A stretch of 64,000 nt of DNA, from assembly GCA_051362555.1 (NCBI GenBank), contig CM120647.1, positions 3,906,001 through 3,970,000 of the forward strand, written 5' to 3'. The position numbers and the translations under genes were made by a program. The notes under the pieces were generated by a model. It was given only the letters and a program-made list of their open reading frames with translations. It did no database searches and had not been told where the DNA came from. The stretch is from Lingula anatina (Eukaryota; Animalia; Brachiopoda). Shown one piece after another: positions 26,697 through 38,028 of the stretch (positions within the stretch are counted from its first letter, which is position 1; the number at the start of each line of letters is the position of its first letter).

Positions 26697-27554
26697 CTAC
26701 TTTCGACTTACTTGTTCATCTCGAACATTCCTTGCGAAGTGTTGTAGTTCTAATATCCGCGAATCGAGAGGGCTGCCATCTAACGCATATAAATACCAAG
26801 AGTGCGTCTCGGGATTATCTCTGTTACTAAGATGTATTATGTTAACAGATGGATGTCGCGCTGTGGACACCAAATGGGCGTGGCATTGGGCGTTGATCAG
26901 ATCGATAGGCACGGCTGGGTGGAGGTTGTTGGCCACTTCATCCACGCTGTCAACGTACTCCTTCAGAGGACAGTTTTCACCCGCCAGAGTGATTTGCCCA
27001 TCTGGTCCCCCGTGGCCTACAAACAAGATGACAATACGTCCCTTTTTACAGTGATCTTCAATGAATGTAGTGACGTGATGAAGAAGCTCGTTTTTATTGT
27101 ACACCATTACTTCATAGCCTACGTTTCCACCGCACTGGGAAGCCCCGGGATACAGCTCCCGAAAATTTCGAATTTCGCACTGCCTTCTCTCCCTGTCAAT
27201 TCCGTCTAGTGGTGCTGCCAGGAAAAGGAATGCCACTTGTCTAGATTCTTCAATATCTGCATTGTACTCCCGTCTGACTTCTTCAAAGGGTGATTCTGTA
27301 AATGGCGTTGGATTAGTGCGCAGTTCCCCATGACCGAGGAGGAATTGGCGATAGTAAGACCTTTTGTCCTCGTCACTAACCCGTAAACCGGCGCAGTAAA
27401 CTTGCCATCCCAACTCCACGAATTTCTCCAATATGTCGTTTTCTCTGATTGTTTGTTCTTCCAGTACTATTTCCTTAAACTCTGACACAGTAATGGGCTT
27501 GGATGTACCTGGAATACTCCTGTCAGATGGATTCTTTGGGGGATGAGGACCCAT
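26697..27554 (-). CDS. Caspase-like (clan CD, caspase/legumain-fold) cysteine protease, intact copy 3
   Basis: 285-codon ORF, GC-richer than its flanks; hydrophobic strand plus GHG (RIVILFVGHGG) and strand plus Cys (IDLINAQCH), with His and Cys 43 residues apart. A GTAAGT donor at 26711-26706 suggests the exon ends at 26712. Confidence 0.8.
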   Translation of the reverse strand: MGPHPPKNPSDRSIPGTSKPITVSEFKEIVLEEQTIRENDILEKFVELGWQVYCAGLRVSDEDKRSYYRQFLLGHGELRTNPTPFTESPFEEVRREYNADIEESRQVAFLFLAAPLDGIDRERRQCEIRNFRELYPGASQCGGNVGYEVMVYNKNELLHHVTTFIEDHCKKGRIVILFVGHGGPDGQITLAGENCPLKEYVDSVDEVANNLHPAVPIDLINAQCHAHLVSTARHPSVNIIHLSNRDNPETHSWYLYALDGSPLDSRILELQHFARNVRDEQVSRK

Positions 27555-28469
27555 CGTTTTTGAACGTCACATTCTCTATTTGCCTTAGCAATATATCGTT
27601 TTATGTTCACAAATCCCAGTGCCGTCAGGGGAACCGTATAAATAAACAAGAGGGTTGATTTGCTTATGCGCTGCATTCTAGGTCAAATCTTTGCCGCTTG
27701 ATTAGGCCCACTTTCGAAAACTTCACTAAGCTCATTGCTATGTCGTAGCGACGTTGGTTTAAGAGAAAAGGGTTTTACTATAGCTCGCAGTCTATTGTTA
27801 AATGCAATGGGGCTATACGCGGAGCCGTTTGTCCTAAAGAGGGCGCTGGGGTAATAGTGGTTATTGAAGATAGCCTCGTTTTCGCGTCCGTGTAGAAATG
27901 GCTTTAGAGCATGGGAAGCAAACGGTGGCGAAGTTAAAACTTCAACTAGTTGAAAGATGAGCCTCCACAAGAGGAAAGAAACATGATTTGATAGAAAGGT
28001 TAGTGTATTTACTTATAAATGTGTCAATTGTATCACTGACATTGAAGGTTTCGCGCTCGAATCTTCCCGTAAAATATGGGTTTCTGTGTGAGCGCCCGGT
28101 CAAAAGCCAGGTGTAAGCGGCGGCTAGTTCCGCACTACTTATATGCCTAATTTATTACTATATTTCAAAATAATGATATTGTCATTGCATATTTCCATAT
28201 TCCGAGAATATAATTGAGGTATTTTTATTTAAAATATGTTTATTGTAGGCACTCCTAGTCGATAAAGGACCGTTCGTTTCGGTAATCAAATTTCGTGTAC
28301 CAGGTCCGACATTTAACGACTTGTGTCAACGCAAATTTGTAAAGGAGAAACAAGGGTTGATGCGTGTTTTATGTCAATGACAGTTGACATAGCTAAGTGT
28401 AGATGAGGTAGACAATCAAAGCAGTGTTTGCCAAGAATGTTAGCATCGTTTTGTTTTTCACTCCCTCAT

Positions 28470-28590
28470 AATTGCATTGATGTTGGTAGGTCAAAGAGGA
28501 GTGTCAGAACTTGAAAACAGAACTAGAGGCCAAAGTGAAAGTCGAGTGTGGCATGAAGAAAGATCATGGAGAATAACAGCATCGAGGTAG
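28470..28590 (+). pseudogene. YqaJ-like exonuclease fragment of the ISL2EU element
   Basis: ELENRTRGQSESRVWHEERSWRITAS matches the TRGQSxxxxWxxxRxxRITAS motif. Confidence 0.8.
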
Positions 28591-28827
28591 GTGTGCAAAC
28601 GAAAATAAGTTTGCTAGTTTTTTACTTGTTCAAATGTCTTGTATCAATATCATGTCATAGCTTGAGCTACTATATGTACCTGTAGTTGCATTATAATACC
28701 GAAATACAAGTTGTGAGATGATACATCATGGTTTGAAGGTCAAAATTTAATGCCATGAATGTACAATTTCATTTTGCATTTGAAATACAAATTGAAACGA
28801 ACAGTTAAAAAACCTATCTCACTAATT

Positions 28828-30279
28828 TCATTTTATCATTTTTAGGTTTGGTGATATTTTGAACGCAACCGAAAGACGAGACAAGGACAAATTATGCCAG
28901 TCACTCTTGTTTACCCATGAAATCAATACTCCATATTTCTTAAAATTTACAGACATATAGTCGTCAACAATGTCACGTTCTGGCCAAATATTCATTTCAC
29001 TGAGCTGGAAAAACATAAAGTTGATCCATGCACTTATTATTTCTGACACCGTTGTTACCGATAGCTTGAAACGGAGAGCTAAATAATAATCGTCAAAGGC
29101 TTGTCTCAGTTTCATAATGATCAAAAAACATTGGTCCTCTGGTGACAAACATTTGGAATTCAAGTGGTGAGCTGCTGGCCCAAGGAAAAACAACATGAAG
29201 TGTTCAAAATGACTAAATCCAGTTAGATACTGGACAGCCTTTGCATTTTTCTGGCACAGCATGATGCTTTCTCTTGTGTCTGGTGGTGTAGTGATATCAC
29301 ACTGGGAAGCTGTACTTTTTTTTGGCTTTCACCAGCGCAGTCTTCATGTTTGTCTGCCACTGCTTCATCTGCTTGAGACTCATCCTATAGGATACATCAA
29401 AAAATAAATACATAAGTTAATAAATTACACAAAGAAAAATACTCCATTGTTAATTGACACATAAAATCGGTGTAGATGACAGAAATGACGCAGATCTGAC
29501 TGCCTCTTGTCCCCTTTAGTCCGTCTCTAGTATTTCTAGTATTTACACAAATAATTATGCAAATAAAAAAAAAAACATTTATTTATAAATATGTTATTAT
29601 ATCATGCGTTATATTTACCTCCACTTCATTGGATCTGATACTTTGCGGCGTTTAGCTAGACGGCCAGTACGTGATGATGGTGCGTCTTTCACTTTAATTA
29701 TTAAATGGAAATATGGATGGCATGGTTCCTGGCTTCAGTCTTTTTCTTTTATCTGCAAAAGGAGTGCACATAACGATTATTAATACAATAAAAATCAAGT
29801 TGTCTTAATTTGAAAACGTGGCCTTTAAAAACCTCATGTATTATCTTATAAAAACGAAGAAAAAATTGTAGTGGCTGGTCGGGGTTGACCCGGGTTCGGT
29901 AGCTTAGTCGGTAGTGTTTTCTCCCCCCAAATCGCTACATAATGTTAGGCGAAGAATGTCTTTAAAATTAACATTCTAAGCACGTTAAACGACATAATAT
30001 CTTAAACATCGATAACAAAGACCTAATGAATAAGTTGAAAAACTCATTATTAATACTAAAAGCGACAACAGCAAGTACAACTTACGTAGAAGTGTAGTCT
30101 TCCTCAGGAAAGTGGAGGAAACAGACTTTGTCATGTGCCTTTGGTTTCCATAGTGTTTTTGATGTAGAATCAACCCTCCTGATGGCAACTCTCCACTAGT
30201 AACTCAGCTTTGTGTCTTTCGGAAAAGAATGACCTCCTGTTGACGATGTACATTCCGGAACACAACAGTATCCTGGCAT
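28828..30279 (-). pseudogene. Spliced THAP + HTH_Tnp_4 transposase of the ISL2EU element; nonsense codon, DDE core missing
   Basis: Exon 30279-30086 MPGYCCVPEC...SFPKD....*WRVAIRR...VCFLHF; exon 29752-29619 KRLKPGTMPSIF; exon from about 29384 QYLTGF...LSPEDQCFLIIMKLRQ...LALRFKLSVTTVSEII..WINF. Confidence 0.85.
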
Positions 30280-31849
30280 TATTTAGAGCGATATTTACAG
30301 CGTCAGATTAAAAATGAAACTGCAAACACACGAGAAAGTACGCGCATGCGCAAAAGTACCCCAACTAAAACACGCGCGCCACCCAGTGGTGAAAAAAACT
30401 GATAGCCCCATTGTTATCATTTCTCAAACAGGCTAAAACCATGCCTTTAGACTAGTTAGATTGGTGATGATAAAGATACGCCCTGTCATTCACGCTGATT
30501 ATGTAAAGAAAATTTTGACGAGAAATTGGATAAGTTATGTGGCCCAAAATATGCCAGGAACCAAGATGGTCAACCTCAAACACTCCTACATGTATTGCCA
30601 TGAGTTATTTAGGTTTCTGTTGCACAAAAATAGCTCAGCATATATCCTCGACATACTAAAGTTACGTTTATTTTTAAAGAACAACGAAAACCCACCCATC
30701 TTGTGACCGTAAGATATAAATTCCTTAAAAATCAATTTATACTTCCAAAGATTTATGCGGTAAATATATTTAAATTAAAAGAGGTGTACTTGCAGTAGCG
30801 AATATATGAAAGCAATGTGAATCAACAGTGTAAGACATCAATTAAAGAGGAGGGGGGTCTTACTATATCTCGTTATCTATTGTTAAACGCAACTGTTATT
30901 ATCTCTTGAACAAGATTAAACCATGCCTATGTGTCCGGCTGCCGTGCAGAAACGTCATGTCGAACACATTTTGCTACAATTACATACACAAGCGACTTTT
31001 TTAGATCACTGTAGTGAGAAAGCATGCGTGCGACACCGAGCAATAAAATTCAAGTATAGAACTGACATCTTATCGTTTAGATGCACATACATTTAACGCG
31101 ATGAGAGCTAAGCATTAAACCTCAACAACGTCCATTTTTCAACAACAACGAGAAAAAAGGCGCTCCTTAATAGTTATGAGACAAATTGCTAAGTACCCAG
31201 TTTCTCAGAGCGTACAATGGGCGATGAGATGAGAATATTAAGAAATAAATGAAAAGCGGGGGCAGTCTGACAGTGTGTATTAATTGGGGGGGGGGGGTCC
31301 TTAAATAACCTTTTCCCCCAAAACCGTGTCAAAACCATCTAAAAAGATGCTTATACATCGTAAAAACCAACTACAACAAACCAAATAAGTCCATCTCTAT
31401 TATCAGAGCTGCTACTTGGGTTTTAGTATTTTGGAGAAAAATCGCTAAAAATACTTAAATTATGTATTTTGTAAGATATGATGGTTTTTCATATCAATGT
31501 TTATGCTTACATTTAAACACAAATTTCATTGTGGCTAACAATTCTGACATAAAGATGGGCTAAATACATATGACTAAACTGAATGTTCTAACACCTAGGT
31601 AATGATTCATAATAAGTTCAAAAAGACAAGAATTCAATAATAATTAAATTCACTAAGAATTCAATGCTTTTTGGAAGCTTAAGCCAGTAAGCGTTATGGT
31701 GGATCTTTCTTTCTTTTTTTCCCAACAACTTTTTCAAGTTCATTCCAAACTGTTCTGGAGTTAACATCCTTCTCCTCCCTCCATCAGTATTGAATATCCT
31801 GAAGACATGACTACATTTTGGCAGTAATAAGGATGTGTCTCTAGCGTAT

Positions 31850-32520
31850 GTGACTCCCCCCTCATGAAATTTTGACTCCCCCTACAGAACTTTATAAATC
31901 TTATTTTATTTGAGTATATGGCTTTTATCTTGTAGTATGCATAATAGAGGATGCATTGGCACTTTTTGCTAGTTTGCAGGTGAAAATTTTCATGGGAATA
32001 GAAGAAAATTAAAAATGTGTATTCTACCAAACAATGAACCCCCTATGCAAAAGCTGTTTATTTGATATTTGGTGATCATTTCAATTTTCACCAATTTTTT
32101 TACCACCAAACTTTCAAATACTTACAAAATATACGCCACAATGCAAACTATGTGGAAAATAATGGTATGGTGACTAAATATAAAATAGGGCTTTTTCTTC
32201 ATGGGATTCCAAATACCACGGATATGAAAATGGAGATTTTTCAAGATTTTTTTTTCATTTTTTTCACCCAATATTTTACAATCAAAATTTCTAATATTTC
32301 CAATATATTCTTAATAAAGTATACCTAAAGGAAAGATATTGAAATGATCATCAAATATCAAATAAATAGCTTTTTCATAGTCTTTAGGTTGTAGAAGTCA
32401 TATACTCAAATAAAATAAGATTTATAAAGGTTTGTAGGGGGGAGTCAAAATTTCATGGGGAGAACCAGATTTTCATTATGAAATTTTGACTGGGGAAGTC
32501 AGATTTTCATGTTACACTGG
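31850..32520. mobile_element. Foldback-type non-autonomous DNA element
   Basis: Inverted arms at 31850-31925/32395-32465 and 32045-32085/32340-32380; repeated catgaaattttgactcccc motif; ends in gttacactgg. Confidence 0.6.
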
Positions 32521-32539
32521 TGTTCAGTAGAAACAGTTT

Positions 32540-33970
32540 TCCTTAATTTGCTAGTTTCTTTTAGCGCAGTCCCTCAAGCCACAGTCTCTAGTTTTGGGTT
32601 TTTCCTCAATCTTTGATCGGTGTCACCTCACTGCCGTTCCATTTGAAGGTTGTGGACAGGGGTCTTATCCATGTTTTCACACTGATCAGACACAGGATAT
32701 TCAACTGGATATTCGCCAAATACATTGTAGCGGACCACGAGTAAATGAAGCAACACCGTTGGATAATACTGCCGTTTATTCACGCAGTGTACAGAACTGA
32801 ACAGAATCTGAACAGAAACTGAACAAAAACTGAACAGAAACTGGACAAAACTGAACAGAAACTGGACAAAAACTGGTGAAAACTATAAAAAGAAAAGAAA
32901 AAGAAAAAATAATAATAACAAAACAGTGAAATAATGAGATAAATAAACTAAATATACTAAACTTAATTCATGAGATCTTAACAACAAATAATTGATCTTT
33001 ACATGCGTGTAAGTTTCTCTAATTATTTATTATTTAATTTTAAAAACACTCACACTAGAACAATATCCAGACTCGCTTTCTCCGCTAGCAACTGGCTGCT
33101 CAGATACGGCCATAGCAATCTGAGCTGGTACTGTAAATTTATTTGATAACATAAATATACATGTGCGTGTTGGTCATGAAAATGCCACACCCATACTAAC
33201 ATAAACTTTAATAAACACGATGCTCATAACTTATGTTACTGATTAAACATAAGTAAACTTATGTAAACTTTTGTAAACTACACAAAATGTCTCTATATAA
33301 GTGAATTACACTTTATTAAACACAAATTTTACACAATCTACACGTAATATCGTAACATACCTCCACTCTGCCAGTAAGTATATAAATGACCGCACAGAGT
33401 ACATGCAACATCGGCTTTTATACAGTTGATCACATAACTAGATGAATAGATGTTACTTAATATTGAGCAGTGTTCTAGTTTCTTCTCTAACACAATATAA
33501 ATAAACATAAGAACAGCGTGGAAAATATAAAATAAAAATGATAACGTATATAATTTCTGCCGTGTCGGCAACATCCATAGTATTTTTTGCGTTGCATAGC
33601 CAGAATCTTTGCCATTTCTGATAATATCTTCTTTGTCAAAGCTATGCACTCATTCAGATGTGCACTAGCACATCGTTTCACACTCTCAATTACATGTAGG
33701 CCATAGTTATCTTTCACTTCCTGGAATAATTCTTGGTTGAAACAGGAAAACTCAGGGGCATAAAGCTGAAAGAAATTATCATTTACCTCATTTCTACTCA
33801 GCTCTAGATGTAATGACTGAACCTTTTCTTTCAATTTGCTGGCATGAAACTAATTGAATGCTACAACAGCAGCAACTATTCTGATATATTCCAATGCCAG
33901 AGCATCTCTTACAAGACAAGCCAGATGTCATCATTGTCTAGATAGTTATTCAGTAATACAGTATAGATAC
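32540..33970 (-). pseudogene. Degenerate intron-containing, probably transposase-like coding relic
   Basis: Segments HLACLVRDALALEYIRI, ILSEMAKILAMQRKKYYG and KTPVHNLQMERQ*GDTDQRLRK; the HNLxxER motif resembles DNA-transposase C-termini; stops are present. Confidence 0.45.
32795..32880. repeat. About 11-bp minisatellite (aactgaacaga / aactggacaaa)
   Basis: About 7 direct imperfect units. Confidence 0.9.
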
Positions 33971-34959
33971 CCTAAAAAGATAATGAAATCATGAGAAATC
34001 TAAAAGGAAAAATGTCATCAACACTATAAATAATGAATGACCATGATGATGTTATTGATATAAGGCGTCAATGCCGCCATGATTTTGAGTATTTAGCTAC
34101 CTTTCAAATAAACTTTTTACACAAATTTCTTAAAAACCAAACAAAAAACCCATCTATTTGGCTTTGGTGAGTTTGAAATAACTTGTCAGGCCTATATAAC
34201 TTCCATTCATGTTGTAGGAAGACAGTCCTGAAACAGTAGAAAATCTTGAAAATCGCGCTAAAATGCAAGTTGCAGCTGAGTTATCAATGATCTTTCAAAA
34301 CGAACATTTGAAATATTGTTTTTAGGTGTGTAAAGAACTTTTAAGCTGGTTTTGACAATTTTTTGGAATTATGGACCCCCCTTACTATTAACAGTGTAAG
34401 ACATTTGTGCGACAAAATATGTGCGACAACGGGCTATAACAGTCAAGTATAGAATTGACATCTTAACGTTTAGATGCACATACATATAACGCGATGAGAG
34501 CTAAGCATTAAACCTCGACAACTAACGTCCATTTTTAAAGAACAGCGAGAAAAAACGGGCGCCCTGTCATAGTTATGAACTAACAAATTGCTTTAAAAAT
34601 TATTCTGCTGTGGGCAAAAGTCATCCGTTTCTCACTGCGCACAATGGATAATTAGATGACAATGTTTTAAAATAAATGAAAAAGGTTTATATAAACAACA
34701 GAATAAGAGGAAATATCTAGCATTGGTGTAACGACAAGCCAACTCCAGCGTGCAACAGAGGAAGCCTGACAGTGTGACAACACTATATGAAAATACGGTG
34801 AATCAACAGTCTAAGAGCTCGGTTAATGAGGAGAGGGGATCTCAAAATTGCTGGCAATCTATTGTTAAACGCGATAGCTATCTTCTCTTTAATAAACTTA
34901 AACCAGTAATTAAAAGTAAAAAAAATCCAAGGTTTCTTTAATGTAAATTTTAAAATTCA

Positions 34960-35550
34960 TGAATAAAATATCTTAAAAATGTGAGTTTTCTTTTCCTTTT
35001 TAAAAGATTCTTGTGATTCGATCTATTCGTCTTATAAAAATTGGTAACTTATTCCATTCTACTGGTGCAGCTACACAAAATACACTATATGTTTTTAACT
35101 TTGATTTGGGAATTTTCAGTAAAAGTTTGTCACCAGACCTCAGGGATCTTTGAGGGCTATAATGTTTGACTAGATCAATTATATATGGTGGAGCTAGGTT
35201 ATAAAAAGCAGCATGTGTAAAAACTAAAACCTTAAATAAAATTCTGGTCCATACTGGTAGCCAGTGCAACTGCTTTAAAATTGGAGTGATATGGCAATCC
35301 CTAGGCTGTAGCATTAAAAGCCTTGCTGAGATATTCTGGATGCGTTGTAATCTTTTGATCTTATCTTCTGGACATCCATATAATACAGAATTGCAATAGT
35401 CTAACCTGGAAGTTACCAATGAGTGTATAGCAGTAGTAGCAGATGATTGATTCAGATATTTCCTTATGGTGCCAATATTCCGAATGTTGAATAAACAAGA
35501 CCTTGTGATGCTGGAGATCTGTTTTTCCATTGAAAGTGTAGAATCAAAGT
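34960..35550 (-). mobile_element. L2-clade LINE 3' fragment
   Basis: ORF 35000..35530: SRLDYCNSVLYG, HITPILKQLHWLPV, RSLRSGD. Confidence 0.9.
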
Positions 35551-37249
35551 TGATGTAAAAAATAATTAAAGAAAATGGTCATTTACAGAAACTGTCGCTT
35601 CATGAAAAATTAGCTGAAACCATGTAAAACATGCTCTTGTCACACCAGAGGGGGTGACAGGTTGTCACATCTATCACAACCTCATTCCCTGGTGAAATCT
35701 GACTGCAAGCAGACGGAATATTGGCTGGTAAGACCAGACAAATATAACTAGCTATAGACATAAGAATCTTCACAAGTCTATGCTCGTGTCTGCTTATTTC
35801 TCATTAAGTTTGTACTTTTACATCTTCATGTATGAGAAGCAGTTAACGAAATACAAGGTGATGGAATAATATATAATTTTTCCTAGCTGGTAGTCATGTG
35901 ACTCGTACAAAAAACTTAAGGTGTTTTGTTCGGTTAGTTTGCAGTGGCCAACTACGCTCATCCAATCTAAACACATGATATTTCTATACCGTTTTAATTT
36001 TTCTATTATTTATTTTTTATGCTTTTGCACTGATGCAAGTTATCCTAACAGCCTTGATATATCTTATCACGTGGGGTTAAGCTACCGAACCGGTACTCTT
36101 AGTAATGCTTTAATTCTATACATGTATATACATGTACAGTCCATAAAACATAAGAACCAACAGTTATACATAAAAATGCTAACATCCCTGAAGCAAAGAA
36201 ACGAAAGCTAATATATAAGTGAAAGCAAAACAATCCACCGTTTGTATAAAAGCATTAAACAATTACTTGAAACTATTTTTATAAATCCCGATATAGAGTT
36301 CGTTACGTTATATGTTAAATACTTGTGGCGTGGCAAACGTTAATAGCCATCACTGATTTCACTCTACTGTATTAAAGTCTTGTTACTAGGGCAACCTGTT
36401 TCAGCATATTTATTAATTTTATGTGACTTTTTTCCTGGACCAGCATTTGTTGGTCTAAATAATTGTATTGATGACCATATTCATTTTGTAAAGAATAATA
36501 AAAATTGCTGAAAACAAAAAGCTGTTACAGTTACAAGATTATCATTTGTAAAAGCACTCTAAATAGCTATTTGGAATGTTTCCAATAACCATAAAATAAA
36601 TAAGGTATAAATTCTCCCATAATAATGATAAGGTAAACAAAGAAACTGAATTAAAATAAAGTATACATAACAGTTACTGCTAATGATCTGTATGACAGTA
36701 AAATTCATTCATCAAAAAGTACTTTATATGATTATATGAGTGATATGGACCTTGTATAGAAAGCACTGCAATAGTTACATTATACAAAATATAAAATTAC
36801 AAGAATAAAAAATGTATAAGAAACAATGGATAATCAATTAGATGTGCTGTCCAAAACACTTTCGATCTCGTAAATACTATCATCACTTTATGTTGGTAAA
36901 TGTGAGGCATCCAAACAGCCTTCTCCAGAACATAATTTTCGATTGTATTTTGGCTCTGATTAAATCAGGTGTATCCTTGCAAACACTGATTTAAAAATTG
37001 ATCGCTGGCACATCGAGTATTGCAATAAGTATGATCTATGAAGCTGAAATGTCTAAGTTATTGTGAGGTGTCATTCATTGTTTTCATTGGGTCTTATTAG
37101 CACCCGTAGAGGCGTTCAAAAATTGTGCTACCTTCGGTATTTTACGACGGGGTTTTGGGTATAGTTTTCAACTAGCAATAACCACGCCTCGGATAAACCT
37201 CATTGACTATGGTACCGCCACTGCGCACAACTGAAGTAATAGTGTGAAA

Positions 37250-37989
37250 AGGAGTGAAAATGGGAAAGTCAGTTGTAGATTATTTTATAACCCAACATAC
37301 TACTCTCAACAGTGTTGTAAATTTAACGTATCTCAAATGTCACAGATTATTGATGATTTTGATCGGTTATTTAAGTGGCACCTGTAAACCCCCTGATCAT
37401 GCTCTACTAGAAATTGTTTTGAAAATAGTAGATCCAATATGTGATCAAAAATTAAAGACAATCGTACCTTCCAAGCTGATTTAAGCATATCGAAAAGAAT
37501 TTACAAATTAGAATGCAGACCAAGTAGTATGTTTACTGGTAGTGATGCACATCAGGCTTTAAATAATCTCATTGACCAGATTACAACACTGAGAAAAAAC
37601 AATATGAGATGGATAAGTTATATGATAATGTGTTAAAGGTATTTTAGCAGAAATGAACAAAAAATCCCTTATAAAGACATACACATATCTAAAAAAAAAA
37701 CCTATAAAACTTTTAAGAATCAAAAACCATTTTGGAACGAAGGACTTTTAAAATTTTGTGGTCAAAACAATGGTCATGCATGAAAAGGCATATAAGAGAA
37801 ATAAATCGAAAGCCAGGAAAACTCGTGAAAGTTTATGTGACAAATTTTAAACCCATAGAGACCTTTTTGATGAAAATACTACGCTTTCATGAAAGAGAAT
37901 ATACAAAGGGACTTTCAGAAAACATAGAAAATGTTAACAATAGCAGTCCAAATGTTTTTTGGAATTACATAAAGAATTTTTGACCAAGA

Positions 37990-38028
<39 letters not shown>

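Larger units (their letters stand above)
27809..30409. mobile_element. ISL2EU (Harbinger-related) DNA transposon, internally deleted
   Basis: AT|GGGGCTAT ... ATAGCCCC|AT termini, with convergent THAP/HTH-transposase and YqaJ-exonuclease remnants. Confidence 0.85.

Noticed and set aside
26802-27209. Antisense ORFs over the protease exons (also 6094..6477, 45758..46312, 59877..60200)
   Set aside because: These are shadow ORFs of the sense coding sequence, with variable ends and no motifs.
29870-29930. tRNA or SINE A-box-like sequence (ggtagcttagtcggtag)
   Set aside because: No B box or cloverleaf follows.
32795-32880. Short repeat array as a possible CRISPR
   Set aside because: No unique spacers and no cas genes; eukaryotic context; it is a simple minisatellite.
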